In this document: one piece after another, positions 21,514-30,983 of the stretch
How the letters are laid out: each line of letters starts with the position of its first letter
Position numbering within the stretch: position 1 is the stretch's first letter
Assembly (NCBI GenBank): GCA_943354575.1
Contig: CALRCL010000001.1
Span: 2,934 to 66,933 of the forward strand
Length of the DNA: 64,000 nt
Reading direction: 5' to 3'
Source of the DNA: Patescibacteria group bacterium UBA4664
GTDB taxonomy: Bacteria > Patescibacteriota > Saccharimonadia > CAILAD01 > BJGX01
Program-made: the position numbers and the translations under genes
The notes under the pieces: generated by a model
What the model was told of the DNA's origin: nothing
What the model saw: the letters and a program-made list of their open reading frames with translations, nothing else
Databases searched by the model: none

Positions 21514-22961
21514 AGCTTTAATTCCTTAAGTTTATTGTGCCAGTTACTATCAGATTGGATGTGTTTAGCGATAGCCAAAATTTTAATATCGTCGCCTTGC
21601 TTGCCGATAATTTGCAGCCCCATAGGTAAGCCAGTTGTAGGCTCAAAACCGATAGGAATACTAATGGCTGGTACACCAGCGAGGTTTGCAAATACTGTCA
21701 GTAGGTCGGTCTTGTACATTTCGACAGGGTCGGATTTTGACCCGAGCTTAAAGGCTGGCTCGAGAGTAGTTGGTACAAGTATTGCATCGTTAGATTCAAA
21801 TACTTTATTGAGGGCTTGTATAATTAGTGTCCGAACTTGCATTGCTTTTTTGTAATAGGCGTCGTAGTAGCCGGCCGAGAGCGCGTAGGTGCCAATGATG
21901 TTGCGGCGTACTACTTCGGGGCCCAAGAATTCGCTACGGGTTTTCATGTAGCTATCTAGCAGGTCCTTGCTATCCTTAGCCTTGCTGCCGTATCTTACGC
22001 CATCGTAACGCTCCAAGTTGGAGCTGATCTCAGAAGGCACCAAGACATAGTAAGCTGCCAGGGCCAGCTCTAGTGGAACCAGCTCGGCAATACTAGCTTC
22101 GGTTTGGATATTAAGTAGGCTGCTGTCTATCGCTGCAACGCCTTTCGATACTACATTAGAATCTTCGTCGTCATAAAAGACTGCTTTTAGCTTGCCGACG
22201 GGCTTTTTGTCGCGAGGAGTTTTGTCGCTCAAGGCTATGGTGGTGGAATCCTTGCTATCCTTGCCGGCAATAACTTCAAAGACTATCTGTGCATCTTTGG
22301 CAGACCGAGCCACAGGGCCAACGCAATCAAAGCTACTGGCCATCGCAATTACTCCATACCGACTAACAACTCCGTAGGTTGGCTTAAAGCCTGTTACCCC
22401 GCAATAGCTGGCTGGCTGGCGAATTGAACCACCGGTATCAGTACCTAGGCTAAATATACCAAAGTCTGCCGCCACCGATGCGGCCGAGCCGCCCGAACTT
22501 CCGCCCGGCACTCGGTCGAGGTCCCAGGGGTTATGTGTGACATGATAAGAACTATTTTCGGTGCTGCCACCGTGCGCGAATTCGTCCTGATTGACCTTGG
22601 CAATCAAGACTGCTCCAGCTTGGTCGAGTTTTTCGATAACAGTTGCTGAGTAAGGCGGAATATAATCTTCCAGTATCTTACTGGCAGCCGTGGTTCGGAT
22701 TCCTTTAGTCAAGAACATATCTTTGGCGGTATAAGGAATGCCTTCGAGCAGCCCAATCTCTGCCCCGCTGGCGATTTTGGTATCGACCTTTTTGGCTTGC
22801 TTTAGGGCTTGGCTTTCGCAGACTGTCAGAATGGCACGGATTTTTGGGTTTAGATTACGGATTTTACCAATGTAAAATTCAGTCAGCTCTTGGGCCGAAA
22901 TCTTTTTGGCTACTAGTAGCTCATGAGCTTCTGTAATAGATAAATAATTCAAGTCGGGCAT
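21510..22961 (-). CDS. gatA: Glu-tRNA(Gln) amidotransferase subunit A (amidase)
   Basis: Amidase signature GGSSGGSAASVAA. Start taken at internal Met (MPDLNYL...) whose ATG overlaps the gatC TAA by 1 nt (TAATG). The upstream 35 codons of the ORF would overlap gatC. Confidence 0.9.
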   Translation of the reverse strand: MPDLNYLSITEAHELLVAKKISAQELTEFYIGKIRNLNPKIRAILTVCESQALKQAKKVDTKIASGAEIGLLEGIPYTAKDMFLTKGIRTTAASKILEDYIPPYSATVIEKLDQAGAVLIAKVNQDEFAHGGSTENSSYHVTHNPWDLDRVPGGSSGGSAASVAADFGIFSLGTDTGGSIRQPASYCGVTGFKPTYGVVSRYGVIAMASSFDCVGPVARSAKDAQIVFEVIAGKDSKDSTTIALSDKTPRDKKPVGKLKAVFYDDEDSNVVSKGVAAIDSSLLNIQTEASIAELVPLELALAAYYVLVPSEISSNLERYDGVRYGSKAKDSKDLLDSYMKTRSEFLGPEVVRRNIIGTYALSAGYYDAYYKKAMQVRTLIIQALNKVFESNDAILVPTTLEPAFKLGSKSDPVEMYKTDLLTVFANLAGVPAISIPIGFEPTTGLPMGLQIIGKQGDDIKILAIAKHIQSDSNWHNKLKELKL

Positions 22962-23251
22962 TATAGTACCTTCTTGACCTTTACATAACCATCCTGCATG
23001 TCTGGTGTGCTGGCTAACAAAAGTTTTGGAGCGATTGCGCATTTCTCGACCAAGTCTTCGCGCCATACATCGGTAAGCCCGGTGACCTGAGAGGTTAGCT
23101 CGACGCCGGCCGTATCGGTGTTTTGTATGGTATCGACAAAATCCAAAATCGAGCTAATCTCGCTGCTGGCTACTACTAGCTCGTCGTCGGATAGCTCAAT
23201 TCTGGCTAGCAGTGCAACCTTTTGTATTTCGTCTAATGATAACTTTGCCAT
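22961..23251 (-). CDS. gatC: Glu-tRNA(Gln) amidotransferase subunit C
   Basis: MAKLSLDEIQKVALLARIEL..., 96 aa, typical GatC. Confidence 0.85.
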   Translation of the reverse strand: MAKLSLDEIQKVALLARIELSDDELVVASSEISSILDFVDTIQNTDTAGVELTSQVTGLTDVWREDLVEKCAIAPKLLLASTPDMQDGYVKVKKVL

Positions 23252-23296
23252 ATCTGTTATTTTAGCAGATACTGCCCAATATTAGTACCTGCGATG

Positions 23297-24031
23297 TTAT
23301 TTTGCCGAGGAGGCCTGGGGAGCAACTATAAAGGCCAAAATAATTGCATAAATAATTGCAAAACCACACATTACCGACGGTATTGCTAGCTCAGACGATG
23401 GGATTATCCAGTATACAATTCCGGTCGGGACTAGAAACGATAGGGTTCCGATACCGAGCCAGTGTAGTGAGTTGCGCCTAACTTTAGATTTTTGTTTTCT
23501 AGACATCACAAAAACAATTGCGAGGGTTATCAATAGTAGCCCAAAGTAATAGCTAGAGTATACAGCCGTGGCTGTTTCGGATAATGCAAATATTACATAA
23601 TTGCCGGTGCATATTGAGTTATTGATAGCACTTGGGGCAAAACCAAAAAATACCGCAAAGCCCGTTGCCGTAAGTAGCACCAAGGCGCTCGACCAATGGT
23701 TTTTGCGGCCAGATATTTCGTTGGCCAACGTAACTCCTAGGGCCGGCAAAAAAGTAATTGCCACAAAGCCTACGCGCGAGGATACATCAGTAATGAAGCT
23801 GCTATAGCTTCCACAAACAGAAAATTCGGCGAGCTGAAATACTGCTAGCAAAACTAATGAAGCCGAAATAATATTCTTAATCCTCGAGGGCTTGATGCGC
23901 AAAAAAGTATATATCGCCAGAGCAATCTCGACGACGAAGGTAATTATCATCACCAGAGGGCTGAAGCAATATAGGGTATTTTTGTTTCGAGTGGTTGATT
24001 TTTTTGTTTGTTTTTTATTAATTTGAATCAT
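23297..24031 (-). CDS. polytopic membrane protein (hypothetical)
   Basis: 244 aa, at least 6 predicted TM helices, no recognisable motif. Confidence 0.5.
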   Translation of the reverse strand: MIQINKKQTKKSTTRNKNTLYCFSPLVMIITFVVEIALAIYTFLRIKPSRIKNIISASLVLLAVFQLAEFSVCGSYSSFITDVSSRVGFVAITFLPALGVTLANEISGRKNHWSSALVLLTATGFAVFFGFAPSAINNSICTGNYVIFALSETATAVYSSYYFGLLLITLAIVFVMSRKQKSKVRRNSLHWLGIGTLSFLVPTGIVYWIIPSSELAIPSVMCGFAIIYAIILAFIVAPQASSAK

Positions 24032-24052
24032 AACTTGTTACGCTTAATTGTA

Positions 24053-26059
24053 TCACAAAGCGAGCTTTTTGATAAATCCCCTCTCATCTAAGGTGGTCAC
24101 GCCCAGGCTTTTGGCCTTATCGTACTTGCTACCCGGGTCTGCCCCATAAACAACATAGCTAGTCTGGCTGCTGACTGAGTTGGTTACCTGCCCTCCTCGC
24201 GCTCGTACTTTTGCGCTTGCTTCTTCCCGGCTTAGCGAGCTCAGAGTTCCTGTAAAAACCCAGGTTGTAGAGGTCAGTTCGCCTTTGGCTTTTGGCTTGG
24301 CGGTGGCAACTACGACTCCGTGGGCTAGCAGCTGCTCAACAAGGCTAATGTTTTTAGGCTGCCCAAGCCAACCGATGAGCGAATCTGACACGACACCACC
24401 AACTCCGTCAATACTAGCCAAATCGTCGGGCTGAGCAACCAAAAACTTGGCTAGGCTGTGGTAGTGCTGGGCTATATCGTTGGCGGTTTTGGACCCGACA
24501 TGGCGAATACCTAGGGCGTATATAAATCTCCCTAGCCCCACTTTGGAGTGCTCATTAATAGAGTCGATAAGGTTCTGAGCTGAGGTTTCGGCGAACCTCT
24601 CGAGGCCAAGCAGATCGTCTTTGGTTAGTTTAAAAATATCGACGGCGCTAGCAACTAGCCCTTCTTCCATTAATTGAGCTAGGATCTTCTCGCCCAGACC
24701 ATCAATATCGAAAGCCGATTTTGATACAAAATGTATAAGCTGTTGCCAGCGTATTTCGCCGGTTTGCAAATCTGCCAGTCGAGCCACTGCCTCACCGGCG
24801 GGGCGCACCACAGCAACTCCATCGATGCTGGTTGGCATTTTCCATATTTTTTCATTTCCGGTTCTGAGCTTGGTGATAGGCTCAATCACTTCGGGGATAA
24901 TATCGCCAGCCTTTTGAATTATTACGGTATCACCAATGCGCAGGTCCTTGCGCGCAACTTCGTCTTCATTATGGAGGGTGGCACGCCTAACGGTACTGCC
25001 AGCCACATTGACCGGCGTCAAAACTGCATAAGGTGTAACTGCCCCCGTCCGCCCAATGCTAACTCTAATGTCTTCAAGTATTGTAGTGGCGGTTTCGGCC
25101 GGGTACTTGTAGGCGACGGCGCCACGAGGTGCCTTGCCGGCCACGCCGAGTGACTCAAATTCGGCATTATCATTGATGGTAATGACGAGTCCGTCGGTCT
25201 GGTACGGCAATTTCTGGCGCTCGCCAGACCACTTGTCAATATAAGATCGAATCTCTGCCACACTCGATACAACTTGGTCGTTTGGCTCCACCATAAAGCC
25301 GAGCTCGCGGGCCATATTGTGCTCGTCTTCATGGCTGGTTAGGCCTGGCAGATCCATCTCTACTGCGTAGGCAACAAATTTTAGATTACGGCTGGCGGCT
25401 ACTGCTGGGTCAAGCTGTCGGACAGTACCCGCTCCGGCGTTACGCGGGTTAGCAAATAATGGCAGGCCATCTTTGGCTCGCTGAATGTTGATATTGTCAA
25501 AATCTTTTTTGGGTATTATGACCTCTCCGCGGATTTCAAAAAAATCATAAACCTCAGCCGAGACCTTATCACTTTGGCGCAACTTTAGTGGTACGGTCTG
25601 AATTGTCTTAACGGTATGGGTAACGTCTTCGCCGATCTTTCCGTCGCCGCGCGTTATAGCGCGCACAAACAGGCCTTTTTCGTACTGCAGTGCCATAGCC
25701 AGACCATCCATCTTGAGCTCTATATAATATTCGAGCTTAGTTTTTTGGGTGAGCTTATGAACGCGCTGCTCCCAAGCCTCTAGCTCGGCAATATCGAAAA
25801 CGTCATTTAAGCTGAGCATTGGGCGTTGGTGTGGGATACTTTTAAATTTTGCCGAGGCCTTACCGCCGACTCTCTGAGTTGGTGAATCGGGCATTATTAA
25901 TTCAGGATAGGCAGCTTCGATTTTGGCTAATTCGCGGGTTAGGCTTTGATAAACCTCATCTGTAACCGACGGATCTCCTAGCACATGGTAGCGGTAGCGG
26001 TAGTCATTAATTACGCCAGACAGCTCTTTGGCTCTGTCCTTGGCCTGGTCTTTATTCAT
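24053..26059 (-). CDS. ligA: NAD-dependent DNA ligase
   Basis: Adenylation motif KMDGLAM (KxDG), OB fold, Zn finger, HhH, C-terminal BRCT. Confidence 0.95.
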   Translation of the reverse strand: MNKDQAKDRAKELSGVINDYRYRYHVLGDPSVTDEVYQSLTRELAKIEAAYPELIMPDSPTQRVGGKASAKFKSIPHQRPMLSLNDVFDIAELEAWEQRVHKLTQKTKLEYYIELKMDGLAMALQYEKGLFVRAITRGDGKIGEDVTHTVKTIQTVPLKLRQSDKVSAEVYDFFEIRGEVIIPKKDFDNINIQRAKDGLPLFANPRNAGAGTVRQLDPAVAASRNLKFVAYAVEMDLPGLTSHEDEHNMARELGFMVEPNDQVVSSVAEIRSYIDKWSGERQKLPYQTDGLVITINDNAEFESLGVAGKAPRGAVAYKYPAETATTILEDIRVSIGRTGAVTPYAVLTPVNVAGSTVRRATLHNEDEVARKDLRIGDTVIIQKAGDIIPEVIEPITKLRTGNEKIWKMPTSIDGVAVVRPAGEAVARLADLQTGEIRWQQLIHFVSKSAFDIDGLGEKILAQLMEEGLVASAVDIFKLTKDDLLGLERFAETSAQNLIDSINEHSKVGLGRFIYALGIRHVGSKTANDIAQHYHSLAKFLVAQPDDLASIDGVGGVVSDSLIGWLGQPKNISLVEQLLAHGVVVATAKPKAKGELTSTTWVFTGTLSSLSREEASAKVRARGGQVTNSVSSQTSYVVYGADPGSKYDKAKSLGVTTLDERGFIKKLAL

Positions 26060-26801
26060 TCAGGTCTCCGTACATCTTGGATTGAAATATAAAAAATATC
26101 GGGACAAATACGGTAGCCTCTATGGAACTAACGAGCCCCGAGATGTATTGGTTTTGAGCCACCGATTGGTTTAGCGTCAGCAAAAATTGTACCGATGTCA
26201 GAACCAGCATAAACACCAGCAGCAACAAGAAAGTTCCCAGGTATATGCGCCATCTATTTTTACTAGTTAGTTGTGTGCTATTTTTGAGAGATTCAAAAGT
26301 TGATTTTGTAGTGGCGACCACAATTATTTGAGCTAGCCCAAACCTTGCTAGCAAGTATGAGCTTAGTAAAAAACTACCAACCGATAAAGGTAAAAATATT
26401 GCTGGAGGAAAACCAAAAATCGGCAGAGACACAAACATGCCTAGCAGGCTCAAAAATATTGGCAGTGCAAATAGTGCCAAGATAAGGCTAACTGCCGTAT
26501 ATTGCAAAAACCTAGAGCTGGCAAAAGAATATATCGTAGCCAGTTTTGAGTTTTGCAATTTAGATTTGTTGGCAGCGAACGATATGGTAGCAATAAATGC
26601 AAAAGCCCAAACTATAGCGGTTGTGATGCCGTAATCCCCCAGTGCGCCATCGTTTTGAAAGATGCCTATCAATGCGACCGGCAAAGCGACAATCAAGATT
26701 ATTTTAAAATAAACCTGGTAGTTATTTTTCCACTCCACTAATGTTTGCTTGTATAGCTTCCATACCTTGAGTTTTGGAATGTGACGGTTGTCTTTTTTCA
26801 T
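26052..26801 (-). CDS. polytopic membrane protein (hypothetical)
   Basis: 249 aa, multiple TM helices. Overlaps ligA start by 8 nt. Confidence 0.5.
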   Translation of the reverse strand: MKKDNRHIPKLKVWKLYKQTLVEWKNNYQVYFKIILIVALPVALIGIFQNDGALGDYGITTAIVWAFAFIATISFAANKSKLQNSKLATIYSFASSRFLQYTAVSLILALFALPIFLSLLGMFVSLPIFGFPPAIFLPLSVGSFLLSSYLLARFGLAQIIVVATTKSTFESLKNSTQLTSKNRWRIYLGTFLLLLVFMLVLTSVQFLLTLNQSVAQNQYISGLVSSIEATVFVPIFFIFQSKMYGDLNE

Positions 26802-26827
26802 GTTTTATCAGACTGCTTAAGTATACT

Positions 26828-27397
26828 TTAAAACTTAACTTCCGGAGCTTTACTGACGGCAGCTTTTTCGCCTTCGGCTACATCAAAAAAGTCTCTGGGT
26901 TTGAAGCCGAGCATATTGCCGATGATGTTAGTCGGAAAAACTTTCAATTTGGTGTTGAAATCTGTGACATTCGAATTGTAAAGTCTGCGACTGGCTTGAA
27001 TCTTATCTTCGGTGTCAGCCAGCTCGGTTTGGAGTTGAATAAAGTTTTGGTTGGCTTTGAGGTCTGGGTAGCTTTCGGCGACCGCGAACAAGCTCTTTAG
27101 GGTCGAGGTTAGCATATTGTCGGCTTCGGCTTTTTTAGACATATCCCCTTTGCCGGCGTCCATTGCGGCCGATCTGGCTTTGGTGACATTTTCTAATACG
27201 CTCTTTTCGTGTTTGGCGTAACCTTTGACGGTACTAATGAGGTTTGGAATTAGGTCAAGCCGGCGTTTCATCTGGACGGTGATGTCGCTCAGGGCTTCGT
27301 CGGCCTTAATACGCAACCGTACTAGGCTATTATAGGTGGCCCACAGTGCTACCGCCAGAGCCACAATTATTGCTAGTATTACCCAAAGAGCTGTCAT
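26828..27397 (-). CDS. lemA: LemA family protein
   Basis: N-terminal TM plus YNSLVRLRIKADEALSDITVQMKRRLDLIPNLISTVKGYAKHEK, typical LemA. GGAGG RBS. Confidence 0.8.
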   Translation of the reverse strand: MTALWVILAIIVALAVALWATYNSLVRLRIKADEALSDITVQMKRRLDLIPNLISTVKGYAKHEKSVLENVTKARSAAMDAGKGDMSKKAEADNMLTSTLKSLFAVAESYPDLKANQNFIQLQTELADTEDKIQASRRLYNSNVTDFNTKLKVFPTNIIGNMLGFKPRDFFDVAEGEKAAVSKAPEVKF

Positions 27398-27450
27398 GTT
27401 TCCTCCGATTATTTATATATCTATTATACTACTGTTAATAGATAATAAAA

Positions 27451-27475
27451 GCCCTGCAGAAGCAGGGCTTTTATT
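27451..27475. terminator. bidirectional hairpin (hairpin type T2): GCCCTGC-AGAA-GCAGGGC flanked by T/A runs
   Basis: Perfect 7-bp GC-rich stem with TTTTATT on the plus side and an A-run on the other. Lies between repeat A and the lemA promoter region. Confidence 0.5.
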
Positions 27476-27476
27476 A

Positions 27477-27494
27477 TGGTGGGCAAGGAGGGAC
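27477..27494 (-). repeat. 18-nt duplicate of the tRNA-Leu(TAA) 3' end (GTCCCTCCTTGCCCACCA)
   Basis: Exact copy of the T-stem 3' half, acceptor 3' strand and CCA of the tRNA-Leu located 147 bp away, same orientation. Confidence 0.6.
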
Positions 27495-27495
27495 G

Positions 27496-27609
27496 GCGTC
27501 CGCCGCGGCGGACTTTTCCCTGCGGTGCTCGGTAAATATTCAAGTGAACTTGATATTTACACTGCGCTCCTCGTACACCGAACCCTGGGTATCGAGCCCG
27601 CTCAAACAT
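27496..27609 (-). repeat. ~115-bp structured repeat element, copy A (inverted relative to copy B at 40541-40655)
   Basis: About 90% identical to the reverse complement of 40541-40655. Contains a conserved 12-bp AT hairpin (GTAAATATCAAG/CTTGAATATTTAC) and a GC hairpin (GTCCGCC/GGCGGAC) whose loops differ between copies. Confidence 0.6.
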
Positions 27610-27610
27610 A

Positions 27611-27630
27611 AAAAATAACCCCTGGCGGGG
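27611..27630 (-). terminator. hairpin type T1 (CCCCGCCAGGGG + T-run) immediately 3' of tRNA-Leu
   Basis: On the minus strand, CCCC-GCCA-GGGG followed by TTATTTTTT directly after the tRNA-Leu CCA. Confidence 0.45.
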
Positions 27631-27640
27631 CTACTTTTTA

Positions 27641-27726
27641 TGGTGGGCAAGGAGGGACTCGAACCCTCAATCCTTAAAGGAAACGGATTTTAAGTCCGTC
27701 GTGTATACCAATTCCACCACTCGCCC
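27641..27726 (-). tRNA. tRNA-Leu (anticodon TAA)
   Basis: Manual fold: acceptor GGGCGAG/CTTGCCC, D-arm, anticodon stem ACGGA/TCCGT with loop CTTAAAA, long variable arm, T-arm GAGGG-TTCGAGT-CCCTC, encoded CCA. Confidence 0.9.
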
Positions 27727-27746
27727 ATGGTAGTTGTGTATTCTTA

Positions 27747-27820
27747 TGGAGGCGCGTACCGGATTTGAACCGGTGTAGAAGGTTTTGCAGACCTTTGCCT
27801 AACCACTCGGCCAACGCGCC
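27747..27820 (-). tRNA. tRNA-Cys (anticodon GCA)
   Basis: Manual fold: acceptor GGCGCGT/ACGCGCC, anticodon stem AAGGT/ACCTT with loop CTGCAAA, T-arm ACCGG-TTCAAAT-CCGGT, discriminator U, CCA. Confidence 0.9.
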
Positions 27821-28004
27821 CCGTGCCATATATTATACCTTGCTTGCTTAATCTGTAAAAGGGTAGAAATTTAGCGGACTTTTTGGTATGATTAGTCGCG
27901 TACTTTGCTCTTTCAAATATCCTTAAATGGCACGCTTTTTATAATTCAATTCAAAATTACTAGCCAATTGAATATAAATGCCGTAGCATTATTGAAGTAA
28001 CAAT

Positions 28005-28080
28005 GGCGGGATAGCTCAGTTGGTAGAGCAGTGGCTTGAAGAGCCTCGTGTCCTCGGTTCGAATCCGAGTCTCGCCACCA
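28005..28080 (+). tRNA. tRNA-Phe (anticodon GAA)
   Basis: Manual fold: acceptor GGCGGGA/TCTCGCC, D-arm GCTC-AGTTGGTA-GAGC, anticodon loop TTGAAGA, T-arm CTCGG-TTCGAAT-CCGAG, CCA. One U-U mismatch in the anticodon stem. Confidence 0.85.
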
Positions 28081-28110
28081 AAGATTATTCTTTTAATTAA
28101 ATTACACCAT

Positions 28111-28187
28111 GCGGGTGTAGCTCAGTTGTTTAGAGCGCTTCCTTGCCAAGGAAGAGGTCGAGAGTTAGAGTCTCTTCACCCGCACCA
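28111..28187 (+). tRNA. tRNA-Gly (anticodon GCC), integration target of the downstream island
   Basis: Manual fold: acceptor GCGGGTG/CACCCGC, anticodon stem CTTCC/GGAAG with loop TTGCCAA, CCA. D-loop AGTTGTTTA and T-loop TTAGAGT show a U19:A56 covariation. The last 9 nt are shared with the serine recombinase CDS. Confidence 0.9.
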
Positions 28188-29696
28188 ATTTGCATTATTA
28201 GAGCCTGAAAGGGCTCTTTTATTTTCTTCAATGATTGTTTTATAGGGGTCACGCACATCAAAGTACAGCTTTTTGTCCCACATTTTAATGTTAGAAAGTA
28301 ACATTTTAATCAGCTTCTGTTTTTGAACCTCTGTCGAACATTCAAACAGTTCATTTGAGCGTTGTATCAAATCTAACAGATAGGACGCTGTAATTAGAAA
28401 GTCTTTGTTGCCACTCGTTAGTTTTATCTGTTTATCATTCAAAATCTGTTGCTCGTTGCTTAGGTCTGTAACCATTTCGTCATACAGCTCTTTAGTAATA
28501 CGCCCCTCTAAGTGAGTGTGAGTCAAAGTTTTAATCTTTGCTTTCAGCATGTCGTATTGTTTGCGAGTTTGTTCAAGCGTCTCTGTGTAGTAGAGCTGTT
28601 GTGTATCATGACGCTTACGAAGCTCATTAATGACTTGTTCCAACCCCTCAGCAGGTATAGGTAGTCCGCAGACTATCTCGGCTATTGTAGGCATCATATC
28701 TTTGCCTTGCTCTGAGCTATTCACATTGCCACAGTCGCCTTTAGCACCAGTACACTTCATGTATACATTGCCTCGAGCTGTGTAGGATGAGACTGTGCAA
28801 TTGCAAGCCTTACATCTCACAATTTCCTTAAAAGCAAAGTTCTTGCTTCTATAAGCTGTATGCTGGTCGTGTCTGTCTTTGCGTACCATTTGGCACTTAT
28901 TGAAAAGCTCACGAGTAATGAGAGGCTCATACTTGTGGGGGTATGTATGCCCCATATAAGTCATTAGTCCATGGTAGAAAGGATTTTTTAATATCTTTTC
29001 AGCGTGTGATTTGTTGAGTTTTCTACCAGATTTGCTAAGCAGACCATCTTTGTTTACTTGCTCAGCAATTGCTTCATAGGGCATGCCAGTAGAACGAAGC
29101 TCAAACATCGTAACAATGTGTTTGGCACGCTCTGTATCAACATGTATATCCTTTATTGGTTTTTCCTTAGTACCAAGATTTACATTTACATAGCCAATAG
29201 GTGCATAGCCTACCCAAGTTTTGTTAGCTAGCATTTCATCAAAGCGTCGCTTTACATTATCTCTAATGCTATCTGAATAGTACTTGGCCAATGCCATGCC
29301 AATCCCAAGTCTAAATAGGTCTGTTGCTGGCGATGTCTTGTCTATAAACAAATTGTCAGACGGAAAATGTATTTCAATTTTACCTTGTCGTACAAGAGCG
29401 TTTAGCTCTTTGACTTCTTCTTGGCTACTATCCCTCGTAAAGCGGTCAATTTTATCAAAGACTACTATGCATGGCTCTTTTTGTGACTTGATGTCTTCAA
29501 CTAATTTTGAGAACTCTTTTCTTACATCTACGCTGTGAGCACTCTCGTCAAACTCATGATATTCATACTTACAGTGTTTTTCCTTTGCATACTTTTCTAG
29601 CTTTAGTTTTTGGGCTGGTAGTGCCTTTCGTTGGTCTTTGTCTGATACTCTAGCGATTAAATAATATAACATAATTATCTCCTTATAAGTTAACAT
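28176..29696 (-). CDS. large serine recombinase (phage-type serine integrase)
   Basis: N-terminal resolvase catalytic domain YYLIARVSDKDQ (catalytic Ser), recombinase domain, zinc ribbon CKACNCTVSS...CTGAKGDCGN, coiled-coil C-terminus. C-terminal residues NWCG* are encoded by the tRNA-Gly 3' end. Confidence 0.85.
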   Translation of the reverse strand: MLTYKEIIMLYYLIARVSDKDQRKALPAQKLKLEKYAKEKHCKYEYHEFDESAHSVDVRKEFSKLVEDIKSQKEPCIVVFDKIDRFTRDSSQEEVKELNALVRQGKIEIHFPSDNLFIDKTSPATDLFRLGIGMALAKYYSDSIRDNVKRRFDEMLANKTWVGYAPIGYVNVNLGTKEKPIKDIHVDTERAKHIVTMFELRSTGMPYEAIAEQVNKDGLLSKSGRKLNKSHAEKILKNPFYHGLMTYMGHTYPHKYEPLITRELFNKCQMVRKDRHDQHTAYRSKNFAFKEIVRCKACNCTVSSYTARGNVYMKCTGAKGDCGNVNSSEQGKDMMPTIAEIVCGLPIPAEGLEQVINELRKRHDTQQLYYTETLEQTRKQYDMLKAKIKTLTHTHLEGRITKELYDEMVTDLSNEQQILNDKQIKLTSGNKDFLITASYLLDLIQRSNELFECSTEVQKQKLIKMLLSNIKMWDKKLYFDVRDPYKTIIEENKRALSGSNNANWCG

Positions 29697-29708
29697 TAAT
29701 TACTAGTA

Positions 29709-30812
29709 TTAAGCAATGCTTTTCGAGAGCATTTCTATACGGGTTGGTTGAAATTCGTTTAGTGAACTAGTGACTTTTGAAATGTCGCTGTAACGACGAC
29801 CCTTAATTGTTTTCAAGTTTGGTTTTAGCTTTGGCCAGTAGTGTCTACCAAACCGCTTATCAAGTGTGTTTCGCAGAGCAGTTGTGCTTTCTTGATTTGC
29901 GATGAACAGCCCTGCAACTGCGGCAAGCGAGGCTTGTGGAGTTGCGTTCTTGTTTTCGGCTAGGTAGTTCTGAAGCAATTCTAGGGGCATATTTACATCC
30001 ATTGATAGGTAATCTATCTGCGAAGAAAATACTTCCCAATGCTTCAGCAATAGCTGGCGAGATAGTTTAGCTTCGAACAGCCTGCTAAACACCAATTCAT
30101 CTTTAGGGATGTCCTTGAAGTTATGTTGCATTGCTCTCATGCTATTTATGCGGACTTCGTAACGAAGCACACTAAAATCATTAACCACGCCTATGTCGTC
30201 CAGCACAGAAACCTGTAATTGGTTATCTACCTCTCTAGATTTCTTGTCGCTGGTCTTTGCTCTATGCAAATCAGCGAGCTTGTCATAGAAAGCAATGTCT
30301 TTCGAATTGCACTGAAAATGCAAAACTTCACCGTCCTGAAAGTTAGTCTTTTGTATGCTGTACACACGAGTGTAATCAGCCTTTCGCAAGGTGTTGATGA
30401 CTACCTGACAGCCTAAAGGGTTATCAAGCAGAATGTTCTTGCTTGGGTGCCAACATACGACCCTAGCACTAGCTAGATTGTCTTTGGAGACAATAACACC
30501 TAAATGTCTAAGTGAAGCTTCCAACTTATCGATGACTACTCCAAAGTCTTTGTCAGTAAGCTCATCAAAGTTATTGCCAAATAACAGCTTGGGAGCTGAG
30601 AACTCCACACTTAGTGACTCTTTTACACCCGCATTTGTTGGGCGTCTTATTAGAGTTAGGCTAGGCAGGTACAGACCAGCTCTCAGCTCATTCCTCGATG
30701 GATTTCGTACCATTCTTGAAACACCACCTTTTACCGTAAAGTTTCTAAGTTCGCTGTGTTCAAGTAGGGTAAACTCGTCAGCACCTAGATATAGTTTTAC
30801 GGTGTCAACCAT
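29709..30812 (-). CDS. hypothetical protein, possibly replication-initiation/relaxase (Rep_trans-like) of the island
   Basis: 367 aa, immediately upstream of the serine recombinase in the same orientation. Assignment by context and size only, no firm motif. Confidence 0.25.
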   Translation of the reverse strand: MVDTVKLYLGADEFTLLEHSELRNFTVKGGVSRMVRNPSRNELRAGLYLPSLTLIRRPTNAGVKESLSVEFSAPKLLFGNNFDELTDKDFGVVIDKLEASLRHLGVIVSKDNLASARVVCWHPSKNILLDNPLGCQVVINTLRKADYTRVYSIQKTNFQDGEVLHFQCNSKDIAFYDKLADLHRAKTSDKKSREVDNQLQVSVLDDIGVVNDFSVLRYEVRINSMRAMQHNFKDIPKDELVFSRLFEAKLSRQLLLKHWEVFSSQIDYLSMDVNMPLELLQNYLAENKNATPQASLAAVAGLFIANQESTTALRNTLDKRFGRHYWPKLKPNLKTIKGRRYSDISKVTSSLNEFQPTRIEMLSKSIA

Positions 30813-30817
30813 GACAA

Positions 30818-30982
30818 TTACTCTTCTAGCCCGTTTGGAAATTCAAATGGGTTTTCAAGCTGGTTTTTCATGTATCTAAGACTTTCAAAATCTTTACGCC
30901 TTACAAGTTCTGAAAACGCTAGTAACAAAACATCAGTATCAAGATACTTCACGAATTTTTCAGGGATTATTTTGATTTCCAT
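30818..30982 (-). CDS. small hypothetical protein (54 aa from internal Met)
   Basis: MEIKIIPEKFVKYLDTDVLLLAFSELVRRKDFESLRYMKNQLENPFEFPNGLEE. The start abuts the stop of the RHH gene. The longer ORF-track version would overlap the RHH gene. Confidence 0.25.
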   Translation of the reverse strand: MEIKIIPEKFVKYLDTDVLLLAFSELVRRKDFESLRYMKNQLENPFEFPNGLEE

Positions 30983-30983
30983 A

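Noticed and set aside
27496-27609. Repeat core as SRP (4.5S) RNA or 6S RNA
   Set aside because: No GGAA tetraloop/AGCAGCC-type SRP domain IV motif could be found. The two inverted copies, each with a tRNA 3' duplicate, fit a repeat/mobile element better than a single-copy housekeeping RNA.
27336-27611. ORFs 27336..27611 (+) and 27424..27609 (-)
   Set aside because: They cover the tRNA-3' duplicate and repeat core A. The structured hairpins and tRNA-like sequence argue for a non-coding element.
28036-28245. 69-aa plus-strand ORF
   Set aside because: It lies entirely across tRNA-Phe and tRNA-Gly, so it is a tRNA-sequence artefact.
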